From IMG/VR virus record IMGVR_UViG_3300032221_000201, positions 1 through 25,330 of that record: a stretch of 25,330 nucleotides of DNA, one strand, 5' to 3'. Both the position numbers and the translations under genes were made by a program. Under the pieces are notes generated by a model. The model saw nothing but the letters and a program-made list of their open reading frames with translations. It was not told where the DNA came from and searched no databases. This stretch comes from a virus (lineage: Duplodnaviria > Caudoviricetes). Shown here piece after piece: positions 1 through 12,000 of this stretch; position 1 is the first letter of the stretch, and each line of letters begins with the position of its first letter.

Positions 1-3000
1 ACCAATATCAAACGTTTTTGTAATTCCGTCACCTGTATAATTTCTTACTTGAACATTAGGTCCACCATTCGATGGAGTATGATAAACTTTAACCTCTAAA
101 GCATCTACTACTTGACCTTGAACTAACTCCTCGGGTCCGTGGCTAGTATCTGATGTGATAAATCCGTCGCCGTCGACAATTATCTCATCTGCTGAAATAC
201 CTTTTGCTGTAGCGTAGGCAATATCACCGCCGTCGACAAATGAGTCAATAAGGCTTCTATCTGTTGGGAGAATAGTGCCATCACTGGTACTTTTTCTAAA
301 TGTTATAAAATCAGTTTCTAAAAGATTATAAGTTACAGGTATTACAATTACCTTATTAACACCATTACCTACGAAAGAATCCATAATAGTTCCTTCGGGA
401 GATTCAAATAACCCATTAGGCTGTTCAGTGCTTCCATCATATAAACTAAAATATGGATCATCAACTCTAACAGTCTTTGTTTTAACCGCGCCAAAAAATT
501 CTCTTATTGGTTCACCGTTTTCATCTAAAAGAACACTTGTAATATAAACATTAATAACTTCGCCATTTGCCGGAATATATGGCAATTCAAAAGATTGTGT
601 TGTTCCATCTGATATAACCACATAGTCATCATTTGTAGAAACAATATTATCCCACGACGAAACGTCCCACGGTAATACGTCCCAACCACCTGCAATATCA
701 AAGTCGATGCTGGTTAATTGTACTCCACCATAATCAATTCCAGTCATTAATAAACCATACTCTTTACCGTATTGTCCCTCAACAGGAGAATAAGCTTTAT
801 TAATTCTATCAGTTGCACCTAATATTCTTATATTTTTATCATATTCAATTCTAACATTATTAGGTGTGATAGGATTAATCGAAGGAGCAACTGCAAAATT
901 AACGTATCCTTCTAATGTTGTGTAGGTATCATGAAGAACCTCAATAATTTCAACATCATACCCTGAACCATAAATTTCAATATTATTAACTAGAATATTA
1001 AAATTAACCTTTTTAGGATCTGGAGCATACTTTAATTTAAATCTGGTATTAACTCCAGTACCTCTAAATGTTTCAACTGTTCTTAACTGAGCTACTTCAT
1101 TTGTAAAGGCATATCTATCATATTTCATTGTAATATGGTTTGTACGAACTAAATTATTGCCAATTTTTGCAAATGCTCTTGCTCTATTTTCTTCAATATC
1201 ACCGTTGCCACCACTAATAAAAATTGTTGGAACTTTTGTATATCCGGAACCAGGGTTGTCTACTATAATTTTATAGACTTTTCCGTTAGCAATATAAGCA
1301 GTAGCAGAAGCATCTCTACCATCGCCTGTTATTATAACTTTTGGAATACTGATATATCCGTTACCTTGATCATAAACTTCAATTTCTGTGACTTCATAAA
1401 ATCTATTATCTGCCCAACTCTTCCACGGAAAGCTGTTAATTACAGAAGAATTTAATGATCCTCTTTCTATTCTTCCCGAAGAATAATCATAATAAGAGAA
1501 TAAGTCAAAGTCAGTAATTTGACTATTAGAAGGATCAGTATAACCATATGAACTCACATATTCTCTAATCTTAGATTTGTATGGTTTAATTTCTTCTATA
1601 TATTTTTGATAACTTTCTAATTCATCACCTTGGAAAGTTATACGTTGTCTTAAGGTTCCAACGTTATGATTAATCTTTAGGAAACTAGTTTTGAAAACCC
1701 AATCAACATATAGATGTTCATGAAGTGCATAATGAACATTATTAAAGAATAATTTAATATACTCTTGTCTAAGATTATCTACTAATATATCATCCCTTAT
1801 TGATTCTAATATTATTCTTAACTCAACTGTAGGTGTTTGATCATAAAGACTTAAATCGTAACTAAACTTTGTATCGTAACCTAACTCCTTGTTTAGATTA
1901 TATAATGATTCAGAGAATTGAATAGTAGAATTTTGTCTTCCTACAACTTTATAATCATTTATAGCTTCCGAAGATTCAGTTATGGCAATTCTTTCTAATA
2001 ATAACCATCCTCCTACATCAGCTATTTTTACAATATCTCCTACCTGAGCTAAAGATCCGTTTAGATCAACCGATCTATTATATTGGAATAATATTTCAGA
2101 TTCACTACTATAACCCTCTGCATACCAATCAACATATGACCAATAACGAGGAACATTATAAGCCTGTGTTTTTATTCTGTTCCATGATTTTTTAACACCA
2201 CTCCAACTATGAACACTCCATCCCCCTAAGGCTTCTTCATCTGAGGAAACTAATACAGTGTGATTTCTAACCGATAATGTTGTAGCAGTAGGCTCATATT
2301 CTTTTCCTCCCTTTACCACAGTAACTGAAGATATAGATCCATTAGTGTTAAGATTTGCTTTTAATTTTGCTCCTGTTCCTGGACCAAAAACTTTTATAGT
2401 TGGAGGAATAATATATCCCCCACCTGGATCAGTTACGATTACATCTGTTATTCTTCCATCTAAAATAACAGGAACCACTGAAGCTGTCTTAATCTTAGAA
2501 GTACCTATAAATCTCAAGTCATCTAAAATATCAACTATTCTATCTATTTCACCTGAATTTAAATTAGGAGCAGGTGCAGCAGATAGTAGATTAGTAAAAT
2601 TAACATCATCAATAATTTGAGTTTTAAGAAGTATAGAATTAACATATTCAAAATATTGTTTTAAAGCTTCAAATCTGTTTGCAAACCATGATTGTCTAGG
2701 CTCGTATGCAGATCCATATCGTTCTCTAAAGGATAATCTAGTATCCGGAACCGGTTGTCCTCTCTTATTGTATCCGCAAAGACTATCAAACCATTTATTT
2801 TCTAGCATAGAAGGTATTATTGTATTAGCATCATCTTCTGCTAAAAGTGCATACTCTCTATGAACTATTAAGTCTGTGTTATCTACTTCATAATATTGAA
2901 CATTTAAACTCACATCTGAGTCTTTTAGACTTGATTCAACATTAAACAATGAAAAACTATTCTTACCTGTAACAGCAATAAATTTATAACCAACCGAAGC

Positions 3001-6000
3001 AGGATCAATTATTAATTGTGCAACATCTGTAGTAGGAATTCTTCTAAAAGGAACATTAGGAACAGTTTTTCTATTCTTAACCCAATAATAATATAATGTT
3101 GTATTTAAACCAGTCACTGAGTCATATTTTACCTTAGAACTATATGTAAAATCATTTATGTATAACGGTGTACCAGTAATTCCGTTTTCCTCTGCGCCAG
3201 TTGCAGAAGTCTGCTCTAAATATTCTGACGGTAATAACGAACTTTCAATCCACTCATATATGTCAATACTAGAACCTGGGAAAATAACACCCCATGCATT
3301 ATTTCTATATGTAATAGAACTCTGTTCATACCATATCCATTTAACTGCTGATAAATCCCACCATAGTTCACCTATGTGATCATCTGTCCAGGGTTGTGTT
3401 TGATCTATGAAAATATCATTGTTTATAGTAAATTCATAACTTGCAGGATCACGCAATGTTTGATACTTAATTTCTTGATTAGCTGGTCCAGGTATACGTC
3501 CTTTAGCAGGATCATAGAAATCTAACTCTGTAATAAGTTTATTTTCTTTAGAATTATATATAAAAGCCTTTTTAAATTTTTCTACGTCTACAGATTCACC
3601 TTGAGTTTCTTTTACTGTCCAGCTATATTCGTTGTAATCAAATGTATAAACAGTTCCTATGTTAATGTTATTAATTTCTCTATTAGGCGCCCCGACTGTT
3701 ATTGAATTGTCACAAACCGAAATTGATGAACCGAAACTATCGTTTTCTCTTAAAATCTCAATAGCTTCTAACTTATCTGCGTAAATGTAAGAATCATCGA
3801 ATCTATTAAACACATAAACTGCACCAGTAAATGGTATTTGATCAAAGAACAGAGTTGCTCCTGCATCGAAAATAGTAGGAAATGCTGTTTCTTCTGAATT
3901 TTCATCTAGTTGATAATTTCTAGTCGAGTCAGCCGTGAAAGATACTCTGTCACTATATGTATCAAAGGTTGTATCTAAAATTACATCGCCGCCAGCAGCC
4001 GAAACAGCTAACAAATTGCTGTCTGAATTACTGTCAATTTTAACTCCGAATCTTTCATTTTGTACTCTAGAAGGAGGTAAAATTAATTCAGTTAATTCAT
4101 ATCTTAACATTAAACTATCGTATTCGAAATGATAAACTGCACCTACATTAGTATTTTTTAAATCACAATTTGGAGAAGAAACAAAAAGACTGTTTCCATT
4201 TACTAATACACTATCCCCAAAATTATCAAATGGTTTTAATTCTATTTCTTCTAAACTGAGAGAAGAATTATTAACTGTTGTTCCATCTGCAATAGTTTCT
4301 TCATCAATAACTTGAATAGGAGAAAATGTTGTTCCATCTCTTTGGAAAATAAAAGTAGCTCCTGAATCTAAAAACGGTGCGGATACAACTACATCTCTTA
4401 CAGTTGCAGATATATCAAATCCATATCTAAACTCTGGCTGCGGAAAAAGTTTTTCAGATGTTGTAAAATTAGTATTAGTTGTTACAGTATAATTATATTT
4501 TGGATTTAAAGGTATAGAATTATCAACCGTTACTTGTAGATAAACTATTCCGCCCTTACTAATTCTAAGAGTTTTACCGACAGATAATCCATTTATAATA
4601 TTACCTGCTGGTGTTCTTAATATTACATCCCCTAGATAATTATTGACGAACTTTCTAATTTGTCCTAATGTAGATAAATTAGGCTCATCTATAACAACTG
4701 TATATGTAGATGTAAAAGTTTGTAATGTTATTAAATTATCAAAATTCAAATATCTCTGGGAATTGTATATCCATCTACCTGATGCTTCTCTCTTAAATAT
4801 TTGTATTCTTCCTGATTTATCAGGCATTTCACTTGTTACATACAACCAATACTCATTATTTTCTTGTACAAGTTTTATTTTAGTTCCAAATCTTTCATTA
4901 CTTTGAGGATCATAAGAACATATAACTTGTTCTTTTAGAGCTTGTAAAGTAATTGTACCTAATGGAGTTTCTACAGTTCTATTAACTGTTAATGAGTCTC
5001 TTTCATAAAATCTTCTACTAGTTTGATCAAATACATAAACAAAAACAACACCTTGTTTAGTTAATCCACTAGTGGAAGCACTTGTAAAGACTTCGTAAAT
5101 TTCATCTAATCTTTGCCAATCATCAGTATTAATATCAATAGTAGATCCGTCGCCGTTTACAGCTTCAAGGTTTTGCCACAACTCTCCGTTAAATCTAACA
5201 ATATCACCTATACTATAACTTGCTTCTGTATCAAAATCTCCCTTAAAATAACTCTTTATTCCACTTATATCAGGAGCACTTATTACAAGTATTAATCCGT
5301 CATCTGAAACATCTATGCTATAACCAAACTTTTCTGTTCCTGTTTGAATATTAAATTCATCAGGCATTTTAATTGTTTGTAAAAATGCCCAATCTGTACT
5401 GTTATTAGGTCTTGTATAAACTAAAACTCGACCAGCACCATTTCCTATTGCACTAGCAAACAGTATTTTTTGATTTCCAGATACCTTAACTTGATATCCA
5501 TATAAAGAATTTTCTGTTGATCTAATAAATGTCGGAGGAGTAATTTTCTTTTCAGCAAAGACATCTTCATTTTCTAAAACTAACCAACGATTATTAATAT
5601 CTCTGTCAATCCAGAGTTTTTCTCCTTTTATTTTTAAATCATTATATCTACTAAGGTTAACACTTGAGATATCTGGATATCTAACAGATTCAAATTTGAA
5701 TAAAATTCCTGCTGTACTATCTTCAGTAATTCTTGCTAACGTAGCATTAGCTGTAAAAATCTGAATAATATTTTGAAATTTTCCTATAACTTTATAAATT
5801 CCATCTATAAAAAATAGATTTTTAATGGCAATAATATTGCCTACTTGTATATCATCAATGTTCTCATTAACATAAAGACTTAAAACATTTTCATCTCTTT
5901 GCCAATCATATATTAACTTTCTAGTATTAAAGAAAGCCATAACATTCCAGTTACCATTAGGAGAATTAGCAACCCAAATTTTATCTCTATGTTCGAGAAT

Positions 6001-9000
6001 ATCTAATGGATAGTTGAATAGTGTGTTTTCATCTATTACATAATGTTTAACATCTTCTGGATTTACATAACCTGCTACTCTATATTTGAATATTCCGTAG
6101 TCAACTTGATCATAATCAAATGCTTTCATTACAAAAGGATTTGCATTGTACGCTCTAGGTTTTTTAGTAACATTAGAACGAGGAATATTATAGATAGATT
6201 CCTCAGTCAACAATTCCGGTGCAATTGTTAATTTTACACCTTGTGGGTTTTGAGTAAATTTATCTTCTTCTAAAATAAATTCTAACTCAGTATAAGCATC
6301 AGATGCTCCAAAGTCACCTACCTTAAATGCCCATTCTTCTTTTAATTCAATTGAACTAAACCCACTTGCTCTAAGCGCATCAAAAAGTTTTGTTACACTG
6401 TTTAGTGTACCTTTTTCTCTAATAAATCCTTGATAGAATTTGTATTGAGAAACATCATCGTTAATAATGTTTTCTAAATACTGTCTAGGTTGATAACCTA
6501 TCAAATGTCTAGCCAGACTCTGTTGATTATTATCAAAGTTGCTGGATTCTAAACTATAAAAATCTCTAAATTGTTCAATTCTATAATCAAAATTTGATAA
6601 AAGTTTATCTTTAGGTTCTTCATCTAATTTTTGCCATTTATCATTAGAAAGATCAAAATTAGATTCTCCTAATATTTTATCAAGAGCTGTAAAATAATAG
6701 TTTTGATATTTTACGATATCACCTAAATTATAATCAGTATTAGGTTGCCATTCTAAAATCTCTGCTTTATCATAAGCAAATCCAGGACTATAATAACTAC
6801 CATCCCAATTATTAGTCTTAAATCCAAGAAGTTTTAATCTTCCCTGTCTATAACCAGGTACAACATCGTAAATAACATCATTAAAAATAGAAATATTATC
6901 AAATACTATAACATGTTCACTGTAAACTAAATTTGTTCTAATATGAAATATACCGTCCGTTGTGTTACTTGCTGGTTTAATTTCAAAACCATTATCTTCT
7001 CTATAGATGTTAGTAAGATCAGATCTCAATGGTTGGCCGTCTGCTTTAAAAATAGAATATCCATAAAAATCTTCATCTAGATTATCAACACTAGCAACAA
7101 TAACAGGTTTAAATTTTAGATAATTTGCTGCCGGACTTAAGAAGATTACTGATCCAGAAGACCAATTCTGTAGAGTCCAGAACATAAATTCTTTAGCACT
7201 TGTTAACCAATTTAACGGAACTTCTAAATCTTTACTAAATTCTTCAAACTCAAATCCCCAAGCCTTTAAACGTTCTTGATAGCCTAGTAAAAAGTCAACA
7301 ATAGATTGGATATCTGTAAATATTGTTCCATAAGGTATTCTTACAGGTATTTCCTTAAACTGTTTTCTACGAACAGCATCCCTTCCTCCAGTTAGAGGAA
7401 TTCCAGGTAATCTTTGCCATTTATCAGTATCACTCTGCCATGCAGTACTTGATGTATGTCCAACCTTTGATCTATAAAAATCTGATTCATATCTTACAAG
7501 TTGTCCTTGTGTATAAAATTTTTCAGCTGTCCATTCAACAAAACTTTCAGATACACCACCTACATTAAAGGTTGGATCAGAAGCCGAAGGACGTGGAACA
7601 AAAATTTCAAAGCTATTTTTTTCCTTATCGTATCCGTCAATAGCATACCCATTAGATCTTTTTTCAATTATAACTCCGCTGTAATTAACAGTATCAACGG
7701 GAGCACTCTTGTTATAGAAAATTCTATAGCTTTCTTGAGGTAGGAAAATTGTACCGGAAGAATTAGGACTTCTACTGTCTAAAAGAACTTTTATTCTTTC
7801 TTGATTAGTAAAGCCTCCGATACGATACGCTAATTTTATATCTAATCCTCTAATAACTTTTTTATAATAGTCGTGATCGATATTCTTTTGAATTCTTACA
7901 TATTCATCTATAATATTACAAAGTCCGCTTGTTAATAACCTAGAACCATCTTCATTAGTTGAATTAGCAAATGGAATATTTTTTGTACTTACTTTTTTAT
8001 TATCTATTGTAGAATAAACTTGTCCTGCTATGTTTTTCTTTATCGAATATCTATCCCACATCTTACCGATATATTCAGAATTTCTTAGTACTGTACAAGC
8101 AATAATAATTGAGAAAGGAAATTCGCTTGAACGTCTCCATGCAGTTTCTACTGGTGCTTGGTCACCAAATGCAAATCTACCTTGCCCAGTTGCAACAGAA
8201 AAGTTCTGAGCTAGATTAGTTGTTAACGGACTTAGCAAATTACCTTGATTATCAACCGGCAAATAATCTTTAAGTCCTGGTCTAGCAAACTTTAAATTTG
8301 TTCTTCTATCGTTGGGATCTGCAATCAAACCTTGTTCAATATTATCCCACATAATTTTATTATCACTAGTATAAGGAGCAAGTCCATATACATCGTCCCA
8401 CCATATAGGCTTGATAGTAAATCCTTGCATCTCCCATGGATGAGTATGTGGTCTGTCCGTATCAAAGAAATACTTATAAATTCCTCTCCAATATCCATAA
8501 AGAGGTTCTTGTCCATTTGGTGACAAAGAATTATTATAATTATAGGAGAAGGTTTCTTCTCCTATAAAATAATTGTTAGTGTTAAAATCTAATTTAGGAA
8601 TAGCATTCCAACGTAAAAATTCACTTAATAAAATATCAGTAATTTCATTTTTGGTAAAATCTGTTCTTCTATAATATCCCGGAATTACAGAATTAATATC
8701 AAAAATATCAGGATCATAAGTAATCTTTATTGAATTATAAATTCTATTTTCTATTTCTAAAATTACATCATCTCTATAATCGTTATAGGCTCTTATGATA
8801 CTTCCGTCATGTCCTTGAATGACCTTAATAGCTGTTTTTTCATTCTTAAAAAGTGAAGTGGCTGTAAATGTAAATTTAAGCTCTCCTCTACCGTCTTTTT
8901 CTATGTCAACAGGACCACCGTTTACACTTGTTGTTAGTGTAAATGAATTAAAACTAGGAATACTTGATACAAAATAAACCGTATCTTTAGAAATGTTAGC

Positions 9001-12000
9001 AGCCGGTAAGTTATCATCAAGAAACTTTATAGAATCTCCAATTTCTAAATTATGAGCTGTATCAGTTCTAAATTCATTTGTAATACCTTTAACATTAACA
9101 ACTGTTCCTGCTACAAATACTTGATTTAAATAGGTATCGTCGTTATAAATTGTTGGTTCATATAATGGATATAGTCCTAATTTTGTAGGTGTAAACGGAA
9201 CATAACATCCATCAGTATTTGCATAATCTTTTATTAAAATTTTATCGTCTATATTTAAAGGTTTAATAATTCTAACAAAAGCATCATCGTCATCAAATAC
9301 ATAATCTTTTCCATATAATATTTGTTGCTCGTTTACGTAAATTAAGATGCATCTACTTGTTTGACTTCTAGGATTATAGAAACTATCTATTACAAATACA
9401 GGAAATCTAGGATCTATAACTGTATATTCTCTTACAGACGCTGCACCAAATGGTAACATTTCCGAAAAGTAAAATGCAGAATTATTATAATATTTTGACT
9501 GAGTATAATTTTGTAATAATTGGTCTACAATTTCTCTTGTAGAACCGTCAAAAGCATTAGTCTGAGTTCTAACAAGGATTTCCTTTTTAAATTGTGTATA
9601 TTCTCTCGATGCCCATCTTAAAGCCTTTATAATATTTGCATCCTTATCAATCATAAGGAATGATGCTAAGGCCATAGAACCTGTATGTTGCATAAATTTA
9701 CGACCATATTGAGATATAGATCCTAAATTAGCTAGATTACTGTTTCCAGGATATTCTCCGGAAAATTCTCCAGCTGTTTCTATAACAGTTCTTACATGGT
9801 CTATAACTTCACCAAAAGTAAATGAATCTACAACTTGGTTAAAAGGATTGTTTTGCCAATTAACTGGAATCTCATAATAACCTTTGAGATTTTTATTTGC
9901 TAATGATCTTATTTTGTAAACGACTTTATCGCCTAAAGAAAGTTTATTTGCAAATTTAATATATGCTATTCCTTCTATTGTTTCTAAAGTGAGGTCACTT
10001 CTTTTCTTGTTATTAACATAAACACGTATTCTATAATCAAGCTTTGGTCTCCTATCTAGAACAACAATGTCACCTAATTTATAAAGAGTCTTTTTATTAT
10101 AAAATTTTGGATAAACTGTCCCAACAGATAATCTATTCCAATCATTAATATCTGTAGGTAATATTTCTGTTGTATCTCTTTTTGCTATGTAAAGGTAGAG
10201 ACCATAACTTACAATGTCCTTTGCCTTATAACGAGTTCCGCTACTATATTCTCCAATAAATTTGCTACTACCTTTAACTATCTTTTTCCAATAATTTATA
10301 TTTGTAGGAGAAAGATTTATATTATCCTGTATTGCAATATAAGCAGATCCTTCAAAATTTATAACGTCATCAATTTTATATTCAGTAACTCTTGAGAAAT
10401 TACCTTTATTAGCATAACCTGTATGCAAAAGTTTCCAATATAATGTGTTTGTAGGAACTTTATCTTTATTCTCATCGATAGGATCTGCTATAGAAATATA
10501 GGTAAATCTATTGTAACTTACAATATCATTCTGATAATAGATTGTTGTAGGGTCCCAATTTATTTTATACAATTCATTATAGTCAAAGTCATTCCAATAT
10601 TGGGAATCTTGTAAATCTTGTCCAGAACTTTCTTGTTTAGCTATATAAAAATTAGATCCAGTAGAAATTCTACTAATTTCTTCTAAAAGATTTAATGTAA
10701 CATTATCATCATAAACATCGATTGGAACTAAATCAGTTTCTTGTTCTATCTTTAATATTCTAATTACATTTTGTTCTGTATCTCTTTCAGTTCTAACCCA
10801 ACCATTAGTATAGGTAAAATTACCTTCAGATGTTAATTTTCGTAAGAAAGAACCTGTTGAATTTAAAGGCTGTAAATTATTACCGGAATTAATATATTCC
10901 CATGTTTGATTTTGTAGTTCAAATTCAAATTCAATATCACCTATATTTGTTATGTTTCTATAGATAATAGGAAATCCTAAGTATTGATCATCAATACCTG
11001 TTCCAACTTTATATCCAAATATTCTATTACCATTAAATGTATTAAATGGATATTTTATTGTATCTTCATAACTGTCAAGATTTTCGTCAAATAGATCAAA
11101 CAAGGGAGGTTGATTTACTTGTATCTTTTTTTGACCTAATTTCCATTCTCCATTTTCATAATAAAATGTTGATCCTTTATAAGATCTGCCTTTTGTAATA
11201 TAAACACATTGTCCCTCTAATGGTTCTGTTTCTTCTATTTCTTGTAGAGTAAGCTGAACTTTTCTCTGAGTTGTTCCAACTCCAACATTTGAAACTTTCA
11301 TAGTTAAAACAGCAGAATTAGTTAATTGTACTAATGGTCCGTTTGCCGTTAAACTTACAGAGAAAGTTGTAGGAGTGAAATTCGTAGGACTAATAAAATA
11401 TGTTACTCCGGATGTAACTCCGCCTACAACTGTTCCGGAAAACTGAACTCTCATCCCTACTCTTAGGGTATTTGTGCTAGGAACAGTAAATAAATCATTA
11501 TCTTCAGATGTAGAAATAATTGAAATATTTTCACTAGCATTTACATTAACATTTAATATCTGTTTTACTTCAAAGATCTTTCCCTTAACTAATATATCAG
11601 GATCTCCTGTGAATAATATTCTATATCCAGGAACCAATTGTTCTCCATCAACAATATATCCAGTGCTGCCTTCAATTATAGAAAATACATCAGTCGTAGT
11701 TGTATCAACAAGATCAATATCTGTCTTTGAAAACCAACCGTGTTTATGTAATTTTAAATCTGCATCAAATTCTATAATAGGTCTTTGAGCTCTAGAATTT
11801 TGATCAAATTCCGGAATTCTTTTATTTGCTTGTGCAGATGTTTCAACGACATTTTTATGAAACCATCTATTTGCTCTTGACCAATTATTTCTATCTCTTG
11901 ATGCTCTATTAATAACCATATAATCTTTAGTTGACGGAAAGTTATCAGCATTATCCCAAGGCATACTATCAAATGGTTGATCATCAAAAGGTAAATCTAT

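Noticed and set aside
10050-10665. CRISPR array or DGR template/variable repeat
   Set aside because: The repeats are similar only at the protein level. I saw no near-identical nucleotide repeats, adenine-specific variant pairs, cas genes or reverse transcriptase.
2345-11987. Twelve short ORFs (60-104 aa) in the track between 2345 and 11987, on both strands
   Set aside because: All lie antisense to, or out of frame within, the giant minus-strand ORF. They have no recognisable motifs and are best explained as shadow ORFs.
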